This document shows, piece after piece, positions 49,260 to 62,335 of a stretch of 64,000 bases of DNA; within the stretch, counting starts at the first letter, position 1, and each line of letters begins with the position of its first letter. The position numbers were made by a program, and so were the translations under genes. The stretch is from positions 2,418,001 to 2,482,000 of the forward strand of contig OZ116707.1 in assembly GCA_964199315.1 (NCBI GenBank), given 5' to 3'. The notes beneath the pieces are model-generated. The model did not search any database, was not told the DNA's origin, and worked only from the letters and a program-made list of their open reading frames with translations. This stretch comes from Orbicella franksi. Its lineage: Eukaryota.

Positions 49260-52200
49260 TCATGAGATGTCCGCTGGTGCTGGGTTGATCCACAACGACA
49301 CTTTTTTTCCACTCACAACTAACAGGTCATCCTCATTTCCAAGAATTGCATTCACTTCTGAAACTAGCTGGCCATCAGCATCTTCATCCTCTGAATCTCC
49401 TCCATAACTGTGCCTAACTGCTTGCTGTTTGACCCACTTTTTCCTTGCCTCCTGATCTTCTGTTCTGGCTACTTTCATTCTTATTTGCTGTTGCTTCCAT
49501 GCTTCTGTTTGTTGTTTATTCACTTTAGCTGCACGATCCTGTACACATTTGATGAGTGCCTCAACCGCTGCTGGAATGACGGGAAGGTTCAGCCTTTGGT
49601 AAAGGTCTATGTTGCCTCTGACTTTAAAGCACCATGTCATGTTGCCTTGACATAGGCCAGCATTAGTTGATGCCATGTAGTGCAACCTTGGATGAAAATA
49701 GCAAGAAAAAAAAGTTAACAAAAAATGTCTCTAGTCCTAAAAGCCCAGACCAGCAAACTGAAATAAATTTTATTTCTCTAACATTTTTCACTCTGTGTAC
49801 CTAGATTTCCACGTAGTCTATCCAAAGAAACACAGACACGTTCTACAAATACATTTTAGACCACAGTCTACTGTCAATTTAGGTTCCCATAGAGTTTGGC
49901 TACTAATGGATAAGTCATACAAATGAAAGGTATATACTGATTTGTCACATGTTTTACTTCCAGTTATAAGCCATGACACAATCCTGGGTGATGTACAGTA
50001 CATTTAGGTGGTGAATAAAACAAATTATAAGAGACAGACAAATTTTAAGATGGCTAACTGGACAACAAAACATCTACAAGAGTTGGAGCATGCAATCACA
50101 ACTGCAGAGACTCTGACTTTTTGACCAGAACTGGGGAAGAACTGTGAAGCTTGCCTCACAGAGCTTTGAATGGCCTCGACCCATTTCAGGATGAATGACA
50201 CTGTCAGCCTCATTTGTTCTTCGCACTCTATTCTGTACGCAAGCCAATGAAAATCACACTTGAGTGGTGTTCTTGTCTTGTATGGCTCCCAGTGCATTTA
50301 ATTTGATCTTCTCATTTCTTGCAACTGCAAGTTCTTGCTGGATGAAAGTGACAAGAACCACTTTCATCCCAGTTATAAATGTCCCGCACATGGTACTTCG
50401 AGAGGACCCTGACACGCTGCGCATAATCATCAGGATTAATACACTGTTGCAAGCAACACAAATGGTTTATATGGGTACGTTTGATAAATGAATCAGATAT
50501 GCAGCCACAACCAGCCCTGTGTTGTTTGCATTTGCGCTTCGCAGTCTCAATTTCAGGACATTTTGCTTTGTACTTGGATTTCATATGTTCTGAAAATTCC
50601 TTCTTCTTAGCAACCTCTTTCAAGTTATTGCTATGAGCTCTCCCCACATGTCCTCCACATTTATATACCTTGCCAGCAGGATGATGCAGACTGATGGCCT
50701 TGGCTGCACTTGAATCCCCATCCTGCCACACAACCTCAACCTTGCACCCCTCATTCTTTGCTTGCTCATAACATTCTTCTGCTAGCACACCCTCCATCGA
50801 CTTTGCTGTGCCCTCATACAACCCCTCCTCGACAACACCATCCTTCCCCTGCCTGCATTTGTGCCCATACCAGAGTAATCCACCAGTCAAATAATTCTTA
50901 ACAATAAAAGAACCATTTTTACTAAAATGTCCACAAGTATGCCACACTCCATCAGAAGTAACAACAGCTCATGTCCAGCTACCCAGTTTATCTTGTGATA
51001 ATTCTTGCAGGTTTTTTTTTCTTTTTCGCACATTTCATCAAGAATATCCTTTATGTGCGGGTATGCCAGTTTAATAACATCGTAGTATCTCTTCTTGGAT
51101 ATGCATGAAATCCCCAAATACTGTCTCAAAGTTCTATTGAAGTTAGCAAACCCATGACCAGACAGGAAAAAAGCTACTGCTAAAGCAAGTCCAACCACCA
51201 TTCGTTTCGACCCCTCCACAAAGACAGATCCTTGAAACATCAGTGACCCTTTTTCACACCCACTACACATAAACCAAACATTAAGGCTACCTCCCAGGCC
51301 TGTAGGTTCCACTTTGGAGACCACGAGAATACCTGGAAATGAAAGTAAAGAAAATACTACTATTGCCAATGGATCTGTTGAAACTGAACTGTAATAGATA
51401 TACATAACAATTGAGAATGGGCTTGTGCTTGATCAAGTTGATGTGACAATACACACACACAAAAAAAGGAATAGCTAAGAGTCAAAACCTGTCGCTCATT
51501 CAGAAAATCTTCTTGATCTCCAGTTGAGAATCAAACTCATGACCCTCTGAGTACTATTTTGGACACTCTTACCACTGGGCCACTGGAATGCTAATGGCAA
51601 GCAGGGTCAGAATTTAACTATAAGTACACCAGACTCTTAGGACTGCATTGGGAACTTACTTGAAATTTGGTCCTCCACCAGTGTACAAACCCAAGAGTGT
51701 ATATCTGTATTGTTGGAATATTTATCTTTTTTGTCTTGAAAGGTCTTATGAATGATGTCTTTCATTAGACAAACACATTGCATACAAAACAAGTAAAATT
51801 AGCAAATTCTCAAATGGTTGCACTGACCATCAAAAGCCAAAATACAAAATTAATCTCAATTTTCTGGTCAAAGTGAAAGCAAATTAGGAATGGAAATCTT
51901 ACCTCTGCAATCAGGCATTGAGAAACAGCTGGTCCTGATGACTTGCTCAACGAAATCCAACAACTGTGTAGATTCACTAACAAAAAACCGCCGCTCTATG
52001 TCCACCTTGCACTTCTTAGTTTGAGGCTCAGCTGATGAATCGTTGTCGCTTTCTGCTTTACTACTCTTGGAACAGCCTGCTTTTTCAGTATCACTGAGCT
52101 CCATGTCAGGAAAAAATTCCGAACCCTCTGATTCAGAGTGTTCACACGAGGCTGAAGAAGCATTAAAACAAGCCTCCAAATTTCTTGCAGCTAAGGTTTG

Positions 52201-52431
52201 CGCCACTGCTTTCTCTGAGCTGTATTCTGACTTACCTGGGCTGACAAATTTTAGTCGTGTCTTCCCATCTGTTTCGGTATGTTCTTCCAACCATTTTGCT
52301 AGCAGACTGAAACTTTTCCTTGAACCAGCTCCTGTACCCTGCTTTCCTGCTGATTTTTTGCTCTTAAAAGATGCAAGTTTCTTCAATTTTGCTTTGCAAA
52401 CCTTCTACTTCTTCTTGCTACTGGACGCCAT
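49260..52431 (-). pseudogene. Mutator-like (GDGDS-type) DDE transposase, multi-exon and disrupted
   Basis: ATG at 52431. Motifs VVTSDGVWHT (D1), YEGTAKSME, VVWQDGDSS (D2), KCGGHVGR (CxxH) and LCEASFTVLPQF (E), with an acidic and basic C-terminus. Confidence 0.8.
51480..51650 (-). mobile_element. Degenerate tRNA-related SINE in an intron
   Basis: The minus strand has TGGCCCAGTGG (A box) and GAGTTTGATTCTC (decayed B box). Confidence 0.5.
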
Positions 52432-53927
52432 GTTGAACACGATCCACTACGCAGGCGCCGTGTGTAACGCATCTACCGGAACTCTGTCACACCTAGCAAC
52501 GCAGTGACAAAACAAACCCAAGTGGGGTATAGAGAGGTTATTTTGCCTTTTTATATTTCTGCGGGCATTTTACACAGCGGTGTTTCAAAATAGCGGGCAA
52601 GAAGTTCGTAGTGACTGTATTGTTATAGAAAAGACCGAAATATCAGTTTTGAGCAAGTGGGTACTTCACCCTCATTTACAGGAATCCATTTTTTTGGGAA
52701 AATGGATGGGAATTTCTTCACGATATTTTGCAAATACACCAAGGCCTCTGTGTTTTGGGGATTTGTACTATTATACTTGATGAACTGGGATTTTGCCTTT
52801 CATAATACTAGTTTAATAGCATCACAACACAACTTTTTGGCAGACATTTAGTTTACACTCCTACACATAGGTCTACTATGCATAAAATATGTACACACTT
52901 AAGCCACCTCCACTGCCGTGAATACTTCTAAATAATCATAATAACCTACCCATGATCAAACGGTCACCACAACTTAATGGATAAAATAAGGAAGTTCTTT
53001 TTTTAAGTACCACTCAGAGCTAAGCAAACATCACATGCATGTTTTTCGGAGGTGGATCTAGGGGGGAGATGCAGGGGTGCAACCCCACAAGAGATGAAAC
53101 CTTGATATTCATACAAGTACAAGATGTAGCTGGGATTATATGGCAGAGTATCGTTTTCAGCCAAACTTTTTCAAGTAGCCCTTTCTGGGAGGGATTCTGA
53201 AAACTGTGTGAAATTATTCTTGTAATATATGCAGAAATACTTTTCTCTCTATTCCCATTTACCAGCTAGCTAAAATCATATTGTTCACGTTTGCAATATC
53301 TTTTATTTATTCAACTTTGCCTAACTAATTAAAATACTTATATACGTAAAATTTTTATTACTAGGCTGGGAGACCACTACAGCCTAGGCAATTGCAGCGG
53401 ATCTCTCGTAATATCAATGTCCTATTAAAGTAGAATGTGCAAAATATTCTTGGCATTCTCACATTCTTGACATAAACATTGCTGTACAGCCTTTTCATAA
53501 TGCAACACTCAAATGTTGACTGAGGAAGCACCACAACCAAATTATGTTGACCTAAAATGCACTGCTGACTCACTAATATTACACATATTATAACCAACAA
53601 CTCTGACTGGGTGTCTATTTGGGACTAGTGAGTTTGATGAACCCTCATAATAGCTTCCTTGTGCAAAAGACTGTAGAATTCAATAGACACTGCATGTACA
53701 AGATAATATAATAAGAATTATTTTCAAATGCCAATTGAAATTAATTAATATATTCCATTTTAAAATTTATAAGCAGTCTGTATAAACAGCCTGTAATTCG
53801 ATATTTGTCTATTAGTCTAGTCACACTGCACATGTACTACTTGAGCTTTCAAAAACACTTTCAAAAAGTCATTTCAAAAATTGTCAACTACAAACTAATT
53901 ATAGATCAAGTAAATGTATGCAGGCAA

Positions 53928-54107
53928 TGTATCCATGACTTCTTCATAGTTTCCTTTGATTATACTTGTTAGCCATCATGCCTTGCGAGGCTGATTAATT
54001 TCCCATGATGCCTGTATATCTTAGTTGTTAACCATGTGAGTCAGCCATCTTGGATTCACTCCTTGATTAAAGCTTGATAAACTTAACCGGCTTCGGAGCT
54101 TATTACA
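53928..54107 (+). repeat. Putative 5' LTR (TGTA...TACA)
   Basis: Ends in TACA immediately before the PBS. The start is uncertain (TGTA occurs at both 53915 and 53928), and there is no 3' LTR in the window to confirm it. Confidence 0.55.
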
Positions 54108-54121
54108 TGGTGTCAGAAGTG
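54108..54121 (+). promoter_or_regulatory. Primer-binding site, complementary to the tRNA-Leu 3' end
   Basis: TGGTGTCAGAAGTG is the reverse complement of the ...CACTTCTGACACCA end of tRNA-Leu(CAA). Confidence 0.85.
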
Positions 54122-54197
54122 TCGGAACCCACGATCGCCTGAAGGCCTCTTGCCTCTGTAGTCTGTGACCGTTTTCTTTCTCGCTCCGCTCACCGCC

Positions 54198-56977
54198 ATG
54201 GGAAAAGATCGACCAATCTTCGACGCTAACTCTGACGATCGCCGCCGAGCGTTCAAGTTTTTCTTGGCTAACTTTCGAGATTTTTGCATAATGGAGGACT
54301 ATGTAGACCCCACCAAAGCAGTCGACAGCAACGACTACTGGATCGCAACAAAAAGGCCGAAAGTTATGGCCGCTCTTCGCCGAGCCTTTCCTCCGGCCGA
54401 ATGGGACGTGCTCACAACCACAATCGACGCTCAAATTCCTGATGATGACAAACAACATCCAGCTAGATGGCTTGCGCAGCTTTCACAGCACTACCTTGGA
54501 GAAGAGCCTATCATTCAAAGTACTCACAATTTTCTACGTATTCTGAAACAAGAACCTGGTACGTCAATACAAGATTGGCACACACTGGTCAGGTTGGAAT
54601 ATCAGAAATGTAATTTTCCCACAGCAGTAGACGATCGTTTAGAAAGGGACATTTTTGTTATTGGCCTCAATGATACTTTTAAGCCCTTCCGAAGCGATAT
54701 CATTGCCAGAGAAAACTTATCAACACTGACCTTCGTTCAGGTAATTTCCAAAGCGCGTGACTTTGAGGCTGGACTGAAAACTGAATCTGCCATAACAAAA
54801 CACCACCTCAAGGAAGCAGCACATAAGGTTACCCAGCAGTGGACAAATCCAAGACTCCTCACCATCCGAATCGACGTGGAAAGGACCGACCTCCTGGCCC
54901 TTCCAGTGCTTCAACCTGCCTGTGGTGTGGGCGTGCACCACATGCCAACCGCCGTGACTGTCCTACCTCCAATGACACTTGCCATGGCTGTGGAAAACGG
55001 GGTCACTGGAAACAAGTGTGCCGGGCCACGTCCATACATGTTGTATCAGAGTCAGCTGCAGATGCAGAAGCTGACCCGCAAGCCGACTACATTGTCACTC
55101 ATGAGGTTTATCAGGTGCAATCTGCAGCCAAAGGAATCTATGTTGACCTCAACATCGGTCCCACATCATCATCACCTCCATCAAAGCACTTCAGATTTCA
55201 AGTTGACTCTGGTTGTTCGTGCAATACAATTCATGTCAATGACCTTAATCAGCTGCCACCTATCCAAATTAAACCCTCAGTGGTTCGACTACTGGATTAT
55301 TCAAAATCCATCATCCCAACCAGAGGCCAAGTCACACTTCACTGCACTCGTCGTGGCATGTCTTATGACATAGTGGCTCAAGTCATTACTTCTCAGCAGT
55401 ACTATGCCCCACTACTAGGCCTTGCTGACAGCACACGCATGGGAATTCTCAAGTATGATGTGGACACTGCAAATACACTGCTCACTGCCCCAGTGCTGCC
55501 TCTGCCACCACCTGGTGAGTTAACATTTGATTACATAAAGTCTGCTTATGCTAACTTATTCGAGGGACTAGGTGAACTGGACGAGCCCTTCTCCTTAACT
55601 CTCAACCCTGATATCCGACCTATACAAGCCGCTCCCCACCGTTATGCTGCCCCTAAACTTCCCACCATCAAAGAGGCCTTAGACAAACTTGTTAACACGG
55701 GACAGTTGATTCGGGTCAACAAACCCACACCCTGGATCTCAAATATGGTGGTTCGTGAGCGCCCTGCCTCTGACACAAAACCTGCGAAAGTTCGTATTTG
55801 CCTAGACCCATTGCAAACAATCAACAAAGCCATCATCAGGCCAGTGTACCCCATTCCTACTCTAGAGGAAAACATCCACCGCTTCCACCGGGCCAAGATT
55901 TTCTCCACATTTGACATCAAGGATGCATTCCAAACAATCAGATTAACTGATGAGTCGTCCTTTCTGACCACTATGCACACTCCATGGGGAAGGTACCGCT
56001 GGACTCGACTCCCTTTTGGTATCAGCTCTGCTCCTGAAGAGTTCCAGCGTCGTCTTCATGATATTCTTTGTGGCATGGAAGGTGTCGTCAATATTGCTGA
56101 TGACATTATTGTGGTTGGCCGTGGCGAATCCCTGGCCGATGCACATGTTGATCATGACAACACGGTATTTGAGCTCTTGAAACGACTCTCTCAGCACAAT
56201 CTTAAACTAAATCCTGACGAGATTAAATTCAAAACATATACTGCACCATTTATGGGACATGTCCTCAGCCCAGAGGGGCTCAAACCAAGCACCGAAATTA
56301 CCAATGCTGTTTTGAATATGCCTCAACCTCAGGACAAGGCGGCCACTCGACGTTTCTTGGGCACCATTACTTACCTGTCCAAATTTTGTCCCAATCTGAG
56401 TGAAGTGGTTCGCCCTCTCCGTGACCTTACACATGTTGACCAAGAGTTCCTGTGGGCTGATCAACATACCGAAGCATTCACAAAAGCCAAGGAGTTAGTA
56501 TCCAAAGCTCCCTCCCTTCGATACTTTGATGTAAATGCCCCAGTGGTACTGCAAGTTGATGCATCTGAATATGGTCTTGGTGCAGCCCTACTTCAGCCTG
56601 TCAACCATCCCAACACCTGACGTCCATTGGCAACCTGTTGCCTACAGTTCCAGCTCCCTCAGCCCAACTGAACAGTGCTATGCGCAAATTGAGAAAGAAA
56701 CACTTGCCATTGTGCATGCCTTTCAGAAGTTTGACCAGCTACTCTTCGGAAAATCTGGGATTACTGTCCACAGTGATCACAAACCACTGGAAACCATTTT
56801 CAAACGCCCTTTGGCCTCTGCCCCGCGCCGCCTGCAGAGCATGATGCTCACACTCCAGCGCTACTTATTCCAGGTGGAGTATCGCAAAGGATCCTCACTC
56901 CTTATTGCGGACACTCTTTCTCGTGCACCTCTGCCAGAGACAACACACAAGGGAGTCCATGATGAATTGGTGTACCG
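54198..56977 (+). pseudogene. Gypsy gag-pol 5' part (gag, Zn knuckles, protease, RT, RNase H)
   Basis: MGKDRPIF..., CHGCGKRGHWKQVC, FQVDSGCS, RLPFGISSAPEEFQ, NIADDIIV, LQVDASEYGLGA, YAQIEKETLAI and SDHKPLE. Frameshifts near 54835 and 56620. Confidence 0.95.
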
Positions 56978-57358
56978 TATGGAGGCCTGTTCTGGTCAAA
57001 ATTGTAGTAATAAAATTGCCCCACAAGTCAGTTTTTTCAGTCAATGTTTTACTTTTTATGAGCTTGCTGTGTATTTTCATCGGCGGTACAAATTTCTTTT
57101 TCTCGGTGTCTGCTTATTTTTTTTTAGCAGCCTGAATTATTTTAATTTAGTCAGGTCAAATTTTTTGTGGGTACTACGAATGAATTTTTTCACTCGTACT
57201 GCAAATTATTTTTGACTGGTACTGCGAATTATTTTTTACTTGTGGTACTGAGAATTATTTTTTCATTGGCGCTGACAATTATTTTTCAAGGTATCGTGAA
57301 TTTATTATTTGGCCTACAATACATTGCGGGCTTGCGATCGAGGGGGACTGGCTCGAGT
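56978..57358 (+). repeat. Left TIR (~380 bp) with internal GTACTG(c/a)(a/g)AATTATTTTT repeats
   Basis: Near-identical reverse complement of 62336-62716. Confidence 0.95.
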
Positions 57359-57412
57359 GTTTTGACTTACTAGGCGGCCATTTTGAAAATTGTGCGAGTG
57401 CTATCCAAAAGA

Positions 57413-58956
57413 ATGCCAAGGCGAAACATTGTCAGAGAAAGAAACGAAAGAGGTTTTCACCTTTTCTTACAAAATTTGAAAGGAGTCGTTAGTGTGTGCG
57501 CAAGTGATGAGGTTTTCTGGACCGAAGATTTAATAGAAGAGACTACGCAGCGGCTGCAAGACTCGTACACAACTCTAACCCTTATTGAGCATGACATGAC
57601 TTCCCAAATGAGCGATCCCCTTCTTGAACATGTGCGTCGTTTGAAGAGCAATGTGCAATCTCTTCAAAGACTTCTCGTGTCTTGTGAAACTACTGCATCA
57701 AGTGCAGAGAATTCTGTTTCATTTTATCCTCAACCAAGTCCAAGGATGGAGGGTCAAGGACCTGGAAGACCAGCCTTGAACATAACGAAAGAACAAATAG
57801 AATATTTGCGTTCTATACATTTTTCATGGGAAAAAATAGCCCAGTTGCTTCACATAAGTGTATCAACGCTTCAAAGAAGACGAAGGGTGTTAGGTATAAG
57901 TGATAATTTTGAACAATATTCAGACATATCTGATGATGAGTTAGATCAAATCTACAAAGAAATAACTGCAGCTGATACAAATGTCAGCAATGGTGGATTT
58001 CTCACACCAAATATTGGTAGGAGACGATTTATTGGAGCCTTGAGGAGTAGAGGGTTGCGAGTTCAACGCTGGAGGGTGAGCAACTGTTTACGACGGTTAG
58101 ACCCTGTAGGCACTGCTTTAAGGTGGCGGTTGGTAATTTATCGTCGAAAGTATAATGTTCCAACACCCAATTCGCTGTGGCACTTTGACTCGGCCCACAA
58201 GCTTATCTGATGGAAACTTATAGTCCATGTTTGTATAGATGGATTTTCACGTTTGATTACCCATTGCAGGTGTTGTGACAATAACAAAGCTGAGACTGTA
58301 TTAAGACTTTTTGAGGAGAGCACAAAAACCTATGGGTTGCCATCAAGAGCAAGATGTGATTATGGGATGGAGAATGTTCTTGTTGCCCAGTTCATGTTGG
58401 AAAGAAGAGGCTTAGACAGGAGAAGTATATCACAGGATCATCTGTTCACAATTGCCGGGTAGAAAGAGCTCACAGGGATGTTTATGCTGGCGTCCTGTGT
58501 TTTTATGCAAAGTTATTTGACGAAATGGAAAAAACTGGTATTCTTGACCCTTTAAATGAACTGCATCTGTTTTGTCTTCATTACATATACTTACCAAGAA
58601 TCAATAAATCTCTTGAAGAATTTGTTGATCAAATGAATCAAAGGCCAGTGTCAACAGAGCATAATATGTCCCCTCTCCAGCTGTGGACGAGTGGCATGCT
58701 GCAAAACATGAATTCTCAACACACTGCACTTACTGTAGATGAAATGGAACAGTATGGTGTTGACGCTGATGAATCAGTTACAGTGAGCGATGAAGACTAC
58801 CAGGTACAGATTGATCCACCAACCTTTGTGCTCACAGAAGAGCAAAGGATGCAACTGCCAGATCCCTTTCAATATGACCATAATCAAGGTCGGAACAATT
58901 ACCTTAATAGTGCCGAGCTCATGACATTAGTCCTTTTCAACGAGGAAGAAACTTAA
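57413..58956 (+). pseudogene. IS3EU-like transposase no.2, with two lesions
   Basis: HTH (FSWEKIAQLLHISVSTLQRRR), WHFDSAHKLI*WKLIVHVCIDGFSR, RCDYGMEN and ITGSSVHNCRVERAHRD. There is a TGA at 58208-58210 and a 1-nt frameshift near 58428. Confidence 0.92.
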
Positions 58957-60297
58957 GAATAGAAGTCACTGATGGAAAACCCTGTTGATGTGAGCGTTTA
59001 TGTCTGCTTGCAATTTTGAAAACTAGGATTTCTGTGTCAAATAATAAAAAACTCAGTTTGTTGCTGCTTTTTGGAGGAAAGATTTGAACTCAACCTAGAT
59101 TTTGACTAGACATTAGAGAAGGTAAAGTGCATTACCCTAAGTGCACTGAGTCAGGTTATTACAAAAGAGTCATTTTGGGTCCTTGGGACACTCTGCAAAA
59201 TTGTATCCCATGATGAACAGAGGGAGAAGTCAGATGTATGAGTCACAATAGAAAACCTACTTTGAAAGATTAAAAAATCATCTTGTTAACACCCACACCC
59301 TCCACCTCCCCTCAAAACAACTTGGCTTTTGTACCCATTTTACAGTCAGCAGGTCTGTAGTTCTTCATTCAAAGTGCACTCAATAGCTCCCACTTTCATT
59401 TTTCATTAACATTAAGAGTGGTAATGACCTGGATAAGTTGTTACACAGTTGCCTCTTTTATCTTCTTTCTGATTCTTTTGTTTGTTTGTTTGCCACAAAC
59501 AAAACCCACACCAATGAACTAAAGTAGTGAACACCATCAGAATATGAGAATTGAAACCATTCAGGAAAACATTTTACAGTTCATCAGCCTGAGTTCTATA
59601 GCCTATTCCCTGTACTAAGAGTGGGTATTTCTCCCATATAAAGAATTTCCCTGAAAAAAGAGAAAAATGATACTTGGGTTGATAACATAAGCATTTTATT
59701 AAAGGAAAGTAATGACAAAGTTAAGTAACAAATACCGGGTATGAAAGTAAACTTTTGCTACCTCTTCCCATAGCTGTCACTAAAGTATTGAGGTACATGT
59801 ATCAATAAGGCTGGAGAAAACACTATTTAGAGATCTCACTTGAATACATACAAAACTGATGCAAAGCACCATTACTAAACCCAACCAGTTGCAAAAGCTA
59901 AGTTGTTAAAATGGAAACCCAAGAATGAGGAATATCCTAGATTGAAGCAGGAATATCCTAGATTGAAAACCATTTTCTGTCAGTTAACTGAAAACTGTTC
60001 AAACTCAACATGGCCTGATGTTGTCATGAATAATATTACCATTGTTTAACATGGCCAATGAAACATTTGTGATTAGCAACATCATGTTCAAGGGACAGAC
60101 TTCTTTCAATCGAACTTGACTTCAAGGTTCAAGTTGTTGTAATGTAAAAACCTTCAAAACAAACTGTCACCTTTCTATAAATTAACTCTTGACAAAGCAT
60201 AAGTTTCAATTCAAACTTGTAATCCTCATTTCTGAAAAGAGCCTTTTGGTAACAGATATAATAATGCTTAACTCTACAATAACATTATTGGAATCTG

Positions 60298-62271
60298 TTA
60301 AATAATTCCAAAGTATGTGCTACCAAAAGCATAGTCATACAGATTACAGAGTATGTCATCTGAAGGAAGACTGACTGTGCGACTGACTGGGAGATGCAAT
60401 GTATTAGTGCAAGTGTTTGAAGTAGGGAGGAAGCTCCCACTGCTGGATACAAATCTGATCTGCGGGGAAATGGAAAACCCCAATGCTGGCTCCTCATCTG
60501 CGCCACAAACAAATTGCAAAATGTGATTAAGGGTTAGGGCGGTGGATCCAGTGACCCTTCTCCCTGAAGCAACTTCTTTCACGTCTTTGTAAAATGCAGC
60601 ATATACTTCTTTTTCATACCTCTTAGTATTGGAACCCTCCTCTGCAAACTTTGGTTCCAACAAATGGACAAGATTCCTCACATTGAGTTTGCTAGAAGAG
60701 GGCCTGAAAAGGTATAAAAACAAAGGAAGCTTTGCCATCAGTTGCAGGACTCCAACTTTACGTAAACCATTTCGTAGGTTGACAATGCAGGGGGAATGCT
60801 CAGATGAATCATCAATAAGTTCTTGAAGTTGTTCCTCAGACAGAAAGCTGGGAATTTTCCCATTCCGTAGAACACTTAATCCCATTATTATACCAGATGT
60901 ATAGTAACGTTCTGCAAAGTCCTCGATGAGTCCACTGTCAAACAATTTTTCTTTGATTTCTTTGAGAACTAACCTGAAAAACTCTTTTCTAGGTCCCCCC
61001 AAGTCCTGAGCTCCCTCTCCCATAAAATTTACCTCAAGTGGCAGCCTTAAGTTGTCAATTAATGCTACTTCAGCTAATGCATCTTGAAAAACATGGTCCC
61101 TATCTATTATTATAAAGTTGGTCTTTCCTTTTAGTTCTGTTGAAGAGTCAACTATGTCCAACTGCCTTCCATCTAAAATGTGTTCTTGGGCTTTCTTCAG
61201 GATGGCAACTGGATTTTGAAATCCCTTACATTCATCAATAATATTGACAGTAATGTTATCAATGATTCTCAAATAGTCAGCCTCACTGAGAGGCTCTCCA
61301 TTATCTACAGGCTGTTCCTTATTAGCCGCAGGTTGTACTACATGTTGTTCTCCATTGCCTCCCTCTTGATCATCTACAGTTATGGCTGCATGTTGTTCTC
61401 CACTATCTCGCTCTTCATCATCTGCAGATTCGACTGCATGTGCCTGTTCCTCTGCATGTTCCTCTTCCTTATGTCTATTTGTATTTGGCCCTTCACAGTT
61501 CATAGATTGCACCTCATCTTGTACGATGATGCTCTCTTGATTTACTTCTGACATGAAATCATCCATACTCCTTTGAATACCACTGTCCACCTCATCAGGG
61601 TCATCTTTGACCAGTAAACGCACATACACAGCACCTGTAGAAGCAATGCTTTTCAGCAAAATGTTTCCATTGATCTTCACCCCTGAAGCCAATGTCGGTT
61701 TCACTAGCACTCCAGAGATATTCTTCACGAATTCGAACTCAATGTATTTGCATTCCTCTGGAAACTGTGCTTTCACTTTATTGTAAAGGGTTTTTTCATT
61801 CCACCCTTTGTCAATTGTAAATCCACTTATAACACGATTTCTACGCTGGAGACTGACCTTTTCCTGGCGAGTTGTTGGTGTTTTTTCACACTGTAAACCC
61901 ACAATAATAATGTCTTTGATGGCAAACTCATTCGATGGACGGCCAACCCTTTGTGTCGAATTAGAGCGGCGTCTACCGCTCGAAGTAGGAGCAGAACTAC
62001 GATGAGTTGTTCCTTGCATACTCGGGAATCTTCGGTGCAGTTCACTTACCAAACTTCCTGAACTTCTAGAAGAAGATCCCGATTCTGATCCTGACAGAAG
62101 GGCACTAGAAGCAGAACCAGAAGATAATGGACTCGAAGAGGAAGAACTTCGCTGATTACTTGCTGCCGCAGTGTGAGTGGAGTTCACTAGCTGAGAAATT
62201 CGACTGATTTCTGTTATAGCATTATTGGCTATCTCACATATCTGCCGTTGAACAGATTTATCCATCTCCAA
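60298..62271 (-). CDS. 657-aa HECT-like E3 ubiquitin ligase (G2E3-like, compact N-lobe) encoded by the transposon
   Basis: Uninterrupted ORF. IDRDHVF...LEVNFMGEGAQDLGGPRKEFF, ILQFVCGADEEPALGF and FLPTSNTCTNTLHLP (catalytic Cys near 60410), ending ...FGII*. Confidence 0.88.
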   Translation of the reverse strand: MEMDKSVQRQICEIANNAITEISRISQLVNSTHTAAASNQRSSSSSSPLSSGSASSALLSGSESGSSSRSSGSLVSELHRRFPSMQGTTHRSSAPTSSGRRRSNSTQRVGRPSNEFAIKDIIIVGLQCEKTPTTRQEKVSLQRRNRVISGFTIDKGWNEKTLYNKVKAQFPEECKYIEFEFVKNISGVLVKPTLASGVKINGNILLKSIASTGAVYVRLLVKDDPDEVDSGIQRSMDDFMSEVNQESIIVQDEVQSMNCEGPNTNRHKEEEHAEEQAHAVESADDEERDSGEQHAAITVDDQEGGNGEQHVVQPAANKEQPVDNGEPLSEADYLRIIDNITVNIIDECKGFQNPVAILKKAQEHILDGRQLDIVDSSTELKGKTNFIIIDRDHVFQDALAEVALIDNLRLPLEVNFMGEGAQDLGGPRKEFFRLVLKEIKEKLFDSGLIEDFAERYYTSGIIMGLSVLRNGKIPSFLSEEQLQELIDDSSEHSPCIVNLRNGLRKVGVLQLMAKLPLFLYLFRPSSSKLNVRNLVHLLEPKFAEEGSNTKRYEKEVYAAFYKDVKEVASGRRVTGSTALTLNHILQFVCGADEEPALGFSISPQIRFVSSSGSFLPTSNTCTNTLHLPVSRTVSLPSDDILCNLYDYAFGSTYFGII

Positions 62272-62335
62272 ATATTTTCAATACAATTAAAAGATGAAAC
62301 CTCAAAGATGGCGCGAAGAAATTGAGCGGGAAAGT

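Noticed and set aside
56088-56108. RT active site IADD in place of YxDD as a novelty
   Set aside because: Non-Tyr variants are common in this invertebrate Gypsy clade, and both Asp residues are intact.
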